Assembly (NCBI GenBank): GCA_016179955.1
Contig: JACPCD010000007.1
Span: 5,907 to 69,906 of the forward strand
Length of the DNA stretch: 64,000 bases
Direction of reading: 5' to 3'
DNA from: Candidatus Woesearchaeota archaeon
GTDB lineage: Archaea > Nanobdellota > Nanobdellia > Woesearchaeales > GW2011-AR9
Every line of letters starts with the position of its first letter. Within the stretch, counting starts at the first letter, position 1. The notes below the pieces were generated by a model. The model was not told the DNA's origin. It saw only the letters and a program-made list of their open reading frames with translations, and ran no database searches. This document shows, piece after piece, positions 1 to 8,932 of the stretch. Made by a program: the position numbers and the translations under genes.

Positions 1-248
1 AAGTCAAACCGCAACCCTAAATCCCGATTACCTTGATCCTTGAGTTTTAAAGTTTCCCGGAGCGCATCGGACTCTTCACCGGCAGCGAACTTTGCCGCTA
101 ACGTTTCATAGCGTTCCAGGATGGGTGTTTCCAGAGGCTGGAAGCCATAGAGTTCAAATACACTGGTCAGCGTATTAACTACTTGATTCTTGAGTGCTTT
201 CTCTTCCGGCGGGATGTCCCGGACGCCTTTTGCCGTTTGCAGTTCCAT
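1..248 (-). CDS. Histidyl-tRNA synthetase-like protein (HisRS or HisZ regulatory subunit), N-terminal part; the gene continues beyond the window start
   Basis: Minus-strand ATG at 246-248. Translation MELQTAKGVRDIPPEEKALKNQVVNTLTSVFELYGFQPLETPILERYETLAAKFAAGEESDALRETLKLKDQGNRDLGLRFD matches the HisRS class II N-terminus (GTRD-like GVRD, FE-YGF-ETPI, KDxGxRxLxLRP). Confidence 0.7.
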   Translation of the reverse strand, partial: MELQTAKGVRDIPPEEKALKNQVVNTLTSVFELYGFQPLETPILERYETLAAKFAAGEESDALRETLKLKDQGNRDLGLRFD

Positions 249-278
249 AGTGTCAGTACCCTCCTATTTTTTCTCGTT

Positions 279-875
279 TTATATATCTTTTGCCAGCAGG
301 ACGAATCCACTCTCGCTAAAAATAGTGTCGTAGATGGTCAATCTTTCGTCCCGGCAGGTCTGCCCCGAATAGACAATGTCAATTGCGAGGTCAGCATTCC
401 CCCGCCGAACTTGCCGTTCCACTTGACCATCTTCAACCAGAAGCGTGGCACTCCACTGCTGCTGCTCCAGATAATCCCGCGCTAGATTAACGTACTTGGT
501 GGAAACGGCTATCCTGGCGCCGCCGCCATAGGAAAAGAGCCGTTCTTCAAAGAAAAAGAGAGAATATTCTTCTGGGCCCAGCAAACATAATTGTGGCTTG
601 GTTGTTTCCGGCCAGGGCACAAAAGAAACTCTCCGTAAAGAACTATTTTTCTTGGAGCGGAGATAGTCTTGGTATAAATCATTCCCGGTCCAGCCATAGC
701 CTCCTGCTTTTTCGACCGCTGCAGGGATTTCTTCTCCCCGCACCTTGACCAACGTTGCCCTGCTGCCAAAAGCAGAGCAAACCAAATAGTTAAAACGTTC
801 CAGTCCGCTATTTTGAGGAATAAAGACAGTGAAGACCACCAGTGCATCGCTGCACAGCTGCCTCCAACGGTTCAC
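279..875 (-). CDS. hisG: ATP phosphoribosyltransferase, short form (HisG)
   Basis: 198 aa. Matches HisG: VRGEEIPAAVEKAGGYGWTGNDL, GARIAVSTKYVNLARDYLEQ, ADLAIDIVYSGQTCRDERL. The short ~200-aa form normally pairs with HisZ. Confidence 0.65.
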   Translation of the reverse strand: MNRWRQLCSDALVVFTVFIPQNSGLERFNYLVCSAFGSRATLVKVRGEEIPAAVEKAGGYGWTGNDLYQDYLRSKKNSSLRRVSFVPWPETTKPQLCLLGPEEYSLFFFEERLFSYGGGARIAVSTKYVNLARDYLEQQQWSATLLVEDGQVERQVRRGNADLAIDIVYSGQTCRDERLTIYDTIFSESGFVLLAKDI

Positions 876-951
876 TTTTGATTATCTGCTCCATAGTTTT
901 TCTCTCCCCGCTTTGAGCCCGGACGGCCTTGTTATTTATTTTTATTTGAAG

Positions 952-1035
952 GGCCGCAGGCGGGAATTGAACCCGCTCCTCTTGCTGTCAGCATAATTCC
1001 ACAGGCAAGAACGCTACCTATACGCTACTGCGGTC
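952..1035 (-). tRNA. tRNA-His (anticodon GUG) with a 12-nt intron in the anticodon loop, encoded G-1 and no encoded CCA
   Basis: The minus-strand cloverleaf was reconstructed by hand. G-1 pairs with discriminator C73. Acceptor is ACCGCAG/CUGCGGC with a single A1·C72 mismatch. D-stem is GCGU/GCGU with two G·U pairs and D-loop AUAGGUA. Anticodon stem is CUUGC/GCAAG and the loop is CUGUGG|A with anticodon GUG. There are 13 nt (AAUUAUGCUGACA) between G37 and stem position 39, so an intron at the canonical 37/38 site. Variable loop is AGGA and the T-arm is GCGGG-UUCAAUU-CCCGC. Confidence 0.8.
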
Positions 1036-1231
1036 ATAAAAAATGTGGGGGCTAAAGCCCTAGAGATGATGAAAGAGAAAACTATCACTATTCCTTTCGT
1101 TTAATGTATCATCAGCAAAGAGATTAAAAGTCTGGCAACTGGAAAAACTAACAGTGAATACCATCAACTCGTTTAGTTGTCATGATGATTCAAAATAGGC
1201 CGAACTATTTAAATTTTTCTACGAAAAATGG

Positions 1232-3016
1232 TTAATTCTTAGACAGTCCTGCGAGCAACCGTGTTACATCTTTATACTCCACACAGTGATGTTGATAACA
1301 GTCCTGGATTTTATCACCATAGATTTGCATTGAATTGGCAGGAAGATGTTTCCAGTCGATCTTATGGGGAATGTGGATTATATGCCAATGATCCATAAAT
1401 GCCATGAGATTATAAAAATCGTGCTGTAATGGCCGTTTATATTCTGCCGCGGTGTATTCTTTCCCTAATATTATAGCGGCTCTTCGTTGGGCCATTGCTG
1501 CCAAAGAAGCGCTTGCGGGTGTAGGATGATCGTACATTTGTGCAGGAATTTCCATGAAATCAATATTCTTACTCTCTATCCAATGTCCATTATAGAATTT
1601 TTGCACTTGGGCATACAAAGTCGCAATGAGGTCTTTATATTCACCGGTTTCTTCATACAGGTAAGTGGCAAAGAGCAGCATGGCGGCATAATCCTCCAGG
1701 AATTCGCCCGGCTGTAAATTTTCTTGATAGGAACTGTGGTGCAATATTTTTCCGTGGTAATGTCGGGTTAGAATATTGTTGAACAAAAGATTAGCTTTTA
1801 TTTTTGCCATAGTATTATTGCAATGTCTGGAGGCCATGAGAAGTCCAATCCCAACCAAGGCATTCCAGCTAGTAAGATATTTTCTATCGGTAAACGGCTG
1901 TTTTCTTTTTTTGCGCAGACGTAATAATTTTTTTTCAATTTCGGGAAGAAAAGTATTAGTATGTTTGACCAGATGGATTTTGCCATCAAAGTTTTGTTCA
2001 AGCGTGTATACTTGCTGAAATTGTTGGTATTCTTCCTCATGTAAATGTTGCTGTAATTCAGCAAGGCCCCATACATAGGTGCTGCCTTCATGATGATCAG
2101 TATCGGCATCGTGCGCCGCATAGTACAGATTGCCGGCATAAGTATCTTCTAAACAGGTTATTATCTTTTCAACAATAGTTTTGTACGCTGGCTTTTTGAG
2201 TATCTTATACGCGAGGCTATAGACCCACAAATGCATGGCTTGATCATAGAGCATTTTCTCAAAATGGGGGATGGTCCAGGATTCGTCGATACAGTAGCGG
2301 TAAAAACCACCCTGCAGATGGTCATGCAACCCCCCTTTTACCATTTCATCAAGGATCTTTTCAAGAATATCTTTAACTTCTATATCTTGGTGTTGTTCGT
2401 ACCAGCTCAGTAAAAATAATAACGTGTTGTGGGGGGGAAATTGGGGGCCGGGAGTAAACCCAGTTCCCGTAAAATGAGCTTTAATTTCGGTGATTGTGGC
2501 CTGTTCGGCAATATTCTCTTGTGGAGGGATATGGTAATTATAGATTGGAATATTATCTGAATGTTGGCTATAAGACTGCTTCAGATGCTGTAATAAATCC
2601 AAGAATCCTGGTAATCCGTAACGGGGAGTTATAGGGACATAGGTTACAGCTAGAAATGGTCTTTGATCTGGAGTCAAGAACACATTCAGTGGCCATCCTC
2701 CGTGTCCCTGCGTTTCATGCATAAAGTTCATCAGGTAACTGTCAATATCAGGTCGTTGCTCTCTATCGACTTTGATGCACACAAAATGCTGGTTCAAAAA
2801 ATAGGCAATTTCTTTGTTTGAGAAAGCTTCCTGCGCCATAACATGACACCAATGGCAGGTCGCATAGCCTACTGATACCAACATTAATTTATGATTATTT
2901 TTGGCATGTTCTAGTACTTCGGGAGACCATTCTTGCCAGTGGATTGGATTATCTTTATGCTGCTGTAAGTAGGGAGACGTAGCGTAGTCTAAGTTATTTT
3001 TATGGAAGTTAATCAT
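1232..3016 (-). CDS. Thioredoxin-domain protein of the DUF255/YyaL family (N-terminal thioredoxin-like domain plus alpha/alpha six-hairpin domain)
   Basis: 594 aa. The N-terminus (HWQEWSPEVLEHAKNNHKLMLVSVGYATCHWCHVMAQEAF) matches the conserved DUF255 thioredoxin-like CxxC region. Confidence 0.6.
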   Translation of the reverse strand: MINFHKNNLDYATSPYLQQHKDNPIHWQEWSPEVLEHAKNNHKLMLVSVGYATCHWCHVMAQEAFSNKEIAYFLNQHFVCIKVDREQRPDIDSYLMNFMHETQGHGGWPLNVFLTPDQRPFLAVTYVPITPRYGLPGFLDLLQHLKQSYSQHSDNIPIYNYHIPPQENIAEQATITEIKAHFTGTGFTPGPQFPPHNTLLFLLSWYEQHQDIEVKDILEKILDEMVKGGLHDHLQGGFYRYCIDESWTIPHFEKMLYDQAMHLWVYSLAYKILKKPAYKTIVEKIITCLEDTYAGNLYYAAHDADTDHHEGSTYVWGLAELQQHLHEEEYQQFQQVYTLEQNFDGKIHLVKHTNTFLPEIEKKLLRLRKKRKQPFTDRKYLTSWNALVGIGLLMASRHCNNTMAKIKANLLFNNILTRHYHGKILHHSSYQENLQPGEFLEDYAAMLLFATYLYEETGEYKDLIATLYAQVQKFYNGHWIESKNIDFMEIPAQMYDHPTPASASLAAMAQRRAAIILGKEYTAAEYKRPLQHDFYNLMAFMDHWHIIHIPHKIDWKHLPANSMQIYGDKIQDCYQHHCVEYKDVTRLLAGLSKN

Positions 3017-3894
3017 GGGAGGGCAATATTTTCAATGAATTTGATATCTTTATCTGTAAGATTAAAGTCAAGTGCCAGATCCTCTTTCATATGAGTGGAA
3101 TTAGTTGTTCCGGTTAACGGTAATATCCCGATTTGCAGGGCAAATTTAAAGATAATTTGTGTTGATGTTGTATGTAATTTTGCGGCAAGGGGTTGTACTT
3201 GCGGCAACACCAAAGCATTCGCAGTTAGCAATGAAAATCCTTGATATATAATGCCTTTTTGGGTACAGAATTGCCGTATTTCTTTATCCCAGCCTAACTG
3301 CGCATAGCAGCGATTTTGCACGAAGGTTGGTTTTACAGCGGCTCGTTGATACAATTGTTGTAATTGATCGAGATTAACATTACTTATTCCAAGATAAGTC
3401 ACTTTTTGTTCTTTATGGATTGCTTCCATCTCCTGCCATACGTGCCAGTCAGCAGGTGCCAATCCTACCCCAGTAGAGGGGCCATGCAAGAGATAAGAAT
3501 CGATATAATTAGTCTGTAAATGTTGCAGTGAACTTTGAAACGATTGCCGTACTTGGGTGGCATAGTCAGCATATGGATTGTAGGGCAATCTATGATCTTG
3601 TCCATCAACAGAGGTGAATTTGGTTTGCAGAAAAAGTTGGTTTCGGTGAATACCGCTTTTAATGATGGCATTGCCCACTGCAGTTTCATTATAATGTTGG
3701 CGTTGATTGGCAGTATCGATAGCTCGAAAACCGGTCTTGAGGGCGGTAAGGACCAGATTTTCCGTAGCTTCTTCTTTCCAGGCAGTACCATAGATGATGA
3801 GTGGGGGTTGCATACTTTGAATAGAATGTTCTAATTTATAAGCGTTAGTGGCTTTTCGGTTAATATGAAGCATTTGTAATTTTTTATCTGTCAA
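3013..3894 (-). CDS. Aldo/keto reductase family oxidoreductase
   Basis: 293 aa. Carries AKR signatures (GTAWKEEATENLVLTALKTGFRAIDTANQRQHYNETAVGNAI and the LFLQTKF region). Confidence 0.75.
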   Translation of the reverse strand: MTDKKLQMLHINRKATNAYKLEHSIQSMQPPLIIYGTAWKEEATENLVLTALKTGFRAIDTANQRQHYNETAVGNAIIKSGIHRNQLFLQTKFTSVDGQDHRLPYNPYADYATQVRQSFQSSLQHLQTNYIDSYLLHGPSTGVGLAPADWHVWQEMEAIHKEQKVTYLGISNVNLDQLQQLYQRAAVKPTFVQNRCYAQLGWDKEIRQFCTQKGIIYQGFSLLTANALVLPQVQPLAAKLHTTSTQIIFKFALQIGILPLTGTTNSTHMKEDLALDFNLTDKDIKFIENIALP

Positions 3895-3931
3895 AATTAT
3901 AAAATGTTCACATTAGCCTACGAAAAACTTC

Positions 3932-4633
3932 TCAATCTTCAAACGCCAGCGAATGCATGCGCAGCCGCAGCACCACAAAGGCAATGGCACTAAATGTATA
4001 TCCGATTAGGTATCCCAAATCTCCTATCATCGCCACCGCACCATAATCCACCTGTCCGGCAGTATACGCAAAGAATAAGTCGCCTAACAAAATGAAGCAA
4101 CTGGAAACAAAAAATAATTTCAGGGAAGCACCAAAATCAGCCAGTTCCTGCGAAAAGAGCAGCACGCTTACCGCAAAGGCGACGATAAGTGAACTCAACA
4201 AAGGATAGACATAACTGAAAGTGGTGGCTGGCTGGATGAGCACGAACAGGTACAAGGCCACCAGAACAATCAGAACCCCTCCCACCAGCAGCTGGGGAAG
4301 CAGTTTGCCGCTGTGCGGATGCTGGCGGTACAACATCAAAGCTAATGCTAAAAAAGAAACCACCGTGAGAAAAGCCCCTCCTGACCAATACACATCCTGT
4401 ATTCCCAACAAGGATTGGTCGTCAAACACAAATTTGGTTAAGTAGTAAGAAACTTCCCCCAGCGCATACAACAGGTATCCCCACACCAGAAAGAAGAAAA
4501 TAAAGTAGTCTTTGTCTTCAAATAACTCCTTGAGCTTGTTGCGGAAAAATCCTTCCAGGGCCACAAAACCGGCCAATGCAGCCAACGCGGCTGCCAAGGC
4601 AATCAGCCCCTGAATCACGTTCCCTATCACCAT
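3932..4633 (-). CDS. Polytopic (~7 TM) membrane protein, function unknown
   Basis: 233 aa, entirely hydrophobic helices. No Schiff-base lysine or other catalytic motif was recognised. Confidence 0.4.
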   Translation of the reverse strand: MVIGNVIQGLIALAAALAALAGFVALEGFFRNKLKELFEDKDYFIFFFLVWGYLLYALGEVSYYLTKFVFDDQSLLGIQDVYWSGGAFLTVVSFLALALMLYRQHPHSGKLLPQLLVGGVLIVLVALYLFVLIQPATTFSYVYPLLSSLIVAFAVSVLLFSQELADFGASLKLFFVSSCFILLGDLFFAYTAGQVDYGAVAMIGDLGYLIGYTFSAIAFVVLRLRMHSLAFED

Positions 4634-4699
4634 AGTGGGAAGAAAAACAAAAGAGGTATATAAAAGATTTGATTTAAATGGTGGTTTGAATGAAATTTG

Positions 4700-4870
4700 A
4701 GAAAAAAAGGGCGGCTGGGGGGATTTTCGAGACCAACCCTGCAGGGTATGGGGTTGATAAGGGGCGAAGCCACTTATTATCGAACCCCCTTCCGAAGCTG
4801 ACTGTAACTGAATGTTACCACAGGCTTCTATACTAGCCGTTGTACGACAGCCGCCATAATGGGAGGAAGA
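4700..4870. ncRNA. Candidate structured non-coding RNA (identity unknown) in a 263-bp intergenic gap
   Basis: GC-rich against AT-rich flanks. Terminal pairing GGCGGCUG...CAGCCGCC encloses about 150 nt. An internal extended hairpin GGGGUUGAUAAG-[GGCGAAGCC]-CUUAUUAUCGAACCCC and a second hairpin CUGUAAC-UGAAU-GUUAC are present. No ORF. Confidence 0.2.
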
Positions 4871-4896
4871 ATGTATTTATTTTAAAAACCTTTGGC

Positions 4897-6433
4897 TCAA
4901 ATCACCAACACCTGCTGTTTCCGAACCACGCGAACTTTCAACGAGGTCGCATGCCCTAAGAACTCTCCACCCGCCTGTAACGGGAAAGGCCTTTTGCTGG
5001 CAAGAATTATCTCTTTTCCCCGCAAAGATAACAACGGCGGCTTGTCGGTATTGGTTAACGCTAACAATAAGCCCCATAACCGTACCGCTTTATTCAGTAG
5101 ATGGGCATGAGTATTAATAACCGCCGTGGCATATACTTTACCATCATCCGGAACCACTCGACCCAGCAGCGAGCGCATCGCAAACCCATAATATGGAATC
5201 TTCCCGAGCGTAAAGTTGACACAGTTCGGGAAATGAAATTTCTTTCCATCGACATAACAATTAAGGTCATATCCATTCTTAGACCATAAGACCGTCCGCA
5301 GGCTGCTAGCAAGATAGCCCAAAAAACCGCGCTGCTGGCCTTTTTGGTAGCGAATCACGTCCGCATCAATGCCCAGAGCTATAAACGTAGTCTGGATTTT
5401 ACGGTGGTTCCATTCTAATTCCAAGACGTCCATCGATGCTTCCTGGAAATGAAAACGCGAACGCAGGTACTCAAACCGTTTGCCTTTATAGAAATAAGAA
5501 TAATATGCGTTCCCCGCCCCTAAGGGAAAAAACCCTAATTTTTTGTTCCAGAAAGGGCGATAATTCAAAGCACTTATATGCGTTCCCCGCCCCTAAGGGA
5601 AAAAACCCTAATTTTTTGTTCCAGAAAGGGCGATAATTCAAAGCACTTTCAAATGAGCCATCGCCACCGGCAATGATGAGATTATCAGTGGGCGCAATAT
5701 TTTTTTCTACACTTCGATACATGTTAGGAGCAGCCGGAAGATAGTGTACTTCTGCTCCCCGCCTCTTGGCAAACAGCCGCAGCAAATGTCTTCGATAGCG
5801 GTCATTATAGGCGCTGGATTGGGGATTAGCAAGAATAACCATCGTTCCCGCCTCTACTTTTTTGCGCTCCTGCCAATGTTTATGCGCACCCTTGCCATAG
5901 TGCAACGCATGATAGAGGATGGAAGCTGCGGCCAAGACTAACACTGCTGCCGTCAACACGAACAGCGCCACTGCCGACATTAAGGCTTGATCAAAAAGAG
6001 ATGAGTACCAAAAAAAGTCCTCCAGCAACAGGCTGAACAAAATAGCGTACTGAAGATAGACCATTGACTTGCGATAGCTCTCTTCAGGAATGAGGATATC
6101 ATCTTGCGACGCCAGCCAGCGGACGATGCCCACACTTACATCTCGAACGATAAAGAAAACAAAAGGAACTTTCCAGAATTTTCCCTGCAGTACGAACAGC
6201 AGCAACAGCCCCATCACTAAGATTTTATCGGCAAAGGGATCGAGGAAAGAGCCAATTCTGGTGGTTTCAGCACGCTTCCGGGCGACGTACCCATCAACGA
6301 TGTCCGTGATAATAGCAACACCTAGCAACACCATGGCCCAGGCAGACGCCGTCGCTGTTTCCTGCAGGATCAGAAGAATAAGCAAGGGCAAAAAAGCAAT
6401 GCGGGTTAAGGTAATGATGTTCGCCAGGTTCAT
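4897..6433 (-). pseudogene. CDP-alcohol phosphatidyltransferase fused to a DAG-kinase-like lipid kinase catalytic domain (GGDGS); the frame is broken by a 73-bp tandem duplication
   Basis: ORF 5486..6433 has the CDP-OH-P-transferase motif DGYVARKRAETTRIGSFLDPFADK followed by GGDGS. ORF 4897..5568 continues the DAGK_cat-like domain. Both ORFs contain the same peptide NYRPFWNKKLGFFPLGAGNAY, which is encoded by the duplicated 73 bp. Confidence 0.6.
5502..5647. repeat. Perfect 73-bp direct tandem duplication (2 copies) inside a coding sequence
   Basis: 5502-5574 is identical to 5575-5647 (atatgcgttccccgcccctaagggaaaaaaccctaattttttgttccagaaagggcgataattcaaagcactt). 73 is not a multiple of 3, so the duplication frameshifts the gene. 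Confidence 0.9.
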
Positions 6434-6468
6434 GGGAGAAGAAAAAGAAAGATTATTTTTAAAGTCTT

Positions 6469-8007
6469 CTACATCATTCCGGCCATTCCCGGGCCATTAG
6501 GTGACATTGGCTGTGAATTATTTTTTCCCCCCATGATCACATCGTCAATGCGCAGAATCATCTCCGCCACTTCCGTGGCGCTGGATAAGGCTTGCGTCTT
6601 GATCTTGAGTGGTTCAATGACTCCCGCACGCTGCGCATCCATGACCTCGCCAGTAAATACATTAATTCCGGCCCAGGTTTGGCCTTGATCGTGCGCTGAC
6701 CTCAGCTGCGTCAGCACCGTAATGGGATCTAACCCGGCATTTTCTGCAAGTGTTCGGGGCACTATTTCCATGGCATCGGCAAAAGCTTGCACTGCTAACT
6801 GTTCTCTTCCGGTTAAAGTTGCTGCAAACCGGCGTATGCCCTGCGCCAGCTCCATCTCAATGGCGCCCGCCCCGGCAACAACTTTGCCATCTTTGAGGGC
6901 AGCGGCCACATCACCCAGGGCATCGGTAACGGCCCGTTTTATTTCTTCTGCCACATGATCCGTTCCGCCGCGCACCAGCAGCGTCATCGCCCTAGGATTA
7001 GGACATTTTTCCACGAAGATCATTTCTTCCTCGCCAATTTTTTCCTCGCGAACTATGCCGGCACTTCCCAAATCAGCGGGAGACAATTCTTTCCAATTGC
7101 TGACGATCGTGGCTCCCGTAGCTCGAGCCAATGATTCCATGTCACTCTTCTTCACCCGGCGCGCCGCTAATACTCCCGCTTTCGCCAGAAAATGCTGCGC
7201 TAAATCATCAATCCCTTTCTGGCAGAAGACAACGGTAGCTCCACTCAGAGTGATTTTATCAACCATCAGCCGTAATGTTCGTTCTTCCTGATCGAGAAAA
7301 GAATTCAATTGGCTGGGATCAGTGATTTGTATTTTGGCATCGATTTCCGTATTCTTTATTTCCAGCGCCGCATCCAGCAAGGCTACTTTCGCCGGCGATA
7401 CTGCTCGTGGCATATGCGGATGAACCCGCTCTTTCTCAAGAACTATACCGGCAATGAGCTCACTGTGCTCGGTGCTTTGCCCTGCCCTTTTCTCAACTTT
7501 AATATTATGAATGTCAATTGTTCCATGTTCAGCTACTCCTTTCACCGCCTTAACCACCAAATCAGCCAAAGTTTCTTTATTCGCTTCCGCGCCCTTGCCG
7601 GTCATGGCAGTAACGGCAATCTGACGTAACATCAGATCATTGCTCAAGGCCATTGGCTGCGCTATTTTCTGCAGCAATCGTTGCGCTTCGACTTCCGCCA
7701 AGCGATAGCCTTTGGCTAAGACCGTTGGATGAATATTTTGATCCAGCAAATCTTCCGCTCTCTTCAATAATTCACCCGCTAAGACTACTGCCGTAGTCGT
7801 TCCATCACCCACTGCCTCCTCCTGCGTTTTAGCGACTTCTACCACCATCTTGGCTGCCGGATGCTCAATCTGCATTTCTTTAAGAATCGTCACGCCGTCA
7901 TTGGTGACGATGACGTCTCCCAGAGAATCCACAATCATCTTGTCCGGCAAGATGAATATTGGCTGAACGGTATCCCCCATGGTATTCTCCCTATCTCCCC
8001 CATTCAT
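6469..8007 (-). CDS. ths: Thermosome subunit (group II chaperonin)
   Basis: 512 aa. Carries GDGTTT, an [14 protein letters not shown]-like region, and the C-terminal GGM-type tail MAGMM. Confidence 0.9.
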   Translation of the reverse strand: MNGGDRENTMGDTVQPIFILPDKMIVDSLGDVIVTNDGVTILKEMQIEHPAAKMVVEVAKTQEEAVGDGTTTAVVLAGELLKRAEDLLDQNIHPTVLAKGYRLAEVEAQRLLQKIAQPMALSNDLMLRQIAVTAMTGKGAEANKETLADLVVKAVKGVAEHGTIDIHNIKVEKRAGQSTEHSELIAGIVLEKERVHPHMPRAVSPAKVALLDAALEIKNTEIDAKIQITDPSQLNSFLDQEERTLRLMVDKITLSGATVVFCQKGIDDLAQHFLAKAGVLAARRVKKSDMESLARATGATIVSNWKELSPADLGSAGIVREEKIGEEEMIFVEKCPNPRAMTLLVRGGTDHVAEEIKRAVTDALGDVAAALKDGKVVAGAGAIEMELAQGIRRFAATLTGREQLAVQAFADAMEIVPRTLAENAGLDPITVLTQLRSAHDQGQTWAGINVFTGEVMDAQRAGVIEPLKIKTQALSSATEVAEMILRIDDVIMGGKNNSQPMSPNGPGMAGMM

Positions 8008-8101
8008 TTCAAGAAAGGAGCGTTTTATAAACGTTATGGAAAGAACTCACTATTCTACCATCATAATCTTTATTAACCAACCAACCTCTACTAATAAAGC
8101 G

Positions 8102-8905
8102 ATGGCCAGCATCATCTTCTTAGGGACGGCCGGCAGCAGTGCCGTGGTCAGTAAACAATTACGCTCTTCCGGAGGCATAATCATCCAGATTGAAGACCTG
8201 CAGTTTCATATTGATCCCGGGCCGGGTGCATTAACTAAAGCCAAGGAATACGGGATTAACCTCCACCATAATACTGCCATCTTAGTGTCCCATAACCATC
8301 TGAACCACTGCAATGACCTGAACGCAGTGGTGGATGCCATGACTCATTCAGGGATAGAGCAGCACGGCATCATTCTGGGCAGCAAGTCGGTGCTGCAACA
8401 TACGGATAAAAGCCATCCTTTCCTGACCAGGTATCACCAAGGATTGGTCGAAAAGGTAATTCCCATGGAGAAGAAGCATAAGGTGGGGATTGAATTGGTC
8501 GAAATCAATGCCTTGCCCGCTGAACATTCTGATCCTACGGCCATCGGCTTCAAACTCTTCTGTCCCAAATTTACGTTAAGTTATACTGGGGATACTATCA
8601 TCACCCCGGCGTTGATGGAAGAACTGAAAGGGTCAGATATTCTTATCTTGAACGTTCCCTATCCCGGAAATAAAGCAATGGGGCAAAATTTAGACACGGA
8701 ATCGGCCACTAAAATCATTGCCCACGTAAGGCCGCGCTTGGCAGTGATGACCCATTTTGGCTTAGACATGCTGCGGGCAGATCATTTCCAGGAAGCCCGG
8801 GAAATGCAGCGGATGACGGGGGTAGAGACGATCGCCGCCCGGGATGGACTGATGTTAGCGGCAGAGAATTACCGGCAGCATATCAATCCGGTGAAAGGGT
8901 ATTGA
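8102..8905 (+). CDS. Metallo-beta-lactamase-fold hydrolase (degenerate HxHxDH)
   Basis: The N-terminus IIFLGTAGSS and the VSHNHLNHCND region are typical of the MBL fold. The start was moved to the internal Met because the long ORF overlaps the divergent thermosome gene. Confidence 0.5.
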   Translation: MASIIFLGTAGSSAVVSKQLRSSGGIIIQIEDLQFHIDPGPGALTKAKEYGINLHHNTAILVSHNHLNHCNDLNAVVDAMTHSGIEQHGIILGSKSVLQHTDKSHPFLTRYHQGLVEKVIPMEKKHKVGIELVEINALPAEHSDPTAIGFKLFCPKFTLSYTGDTIITPALMEELKGSDILILNVPYPGNKAMGQNLDTESATKIIAHVRPRLAVMTHFGLDMLRADHFQEAREMQRMTGVETIAARDGLMLAAENYRQHINPVKGY

Positions 8906-8932
8906 TGTCAATGAGAAGGCACTATCTTCAGT

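Noticed and set aside
183-485. 100-aa plus-strand ORF
   Set aside because: It is antisense to hisG and the hisS/hisZ start, with no motif. It is a shadow ORF of the well-supported minus-strand genes.
1060-1200. C/D-box sRNA candidates (AGAUGAUGA at about 1063; CAUGAUGA at about 1180)
   Set aside because: No properly spaced D' or D (CUGA) boxes or terminal stem were found. AT-rich sequence produces UGAUGA by chance.
3932-4633. Microbial rhodopsin (7-TM membrane protein)
   Set aside because: The seventh helix (MIGDLGYLIGYTFSAIAFVVL) has no lysine, and no DxxxK retinal-binding motif is present.
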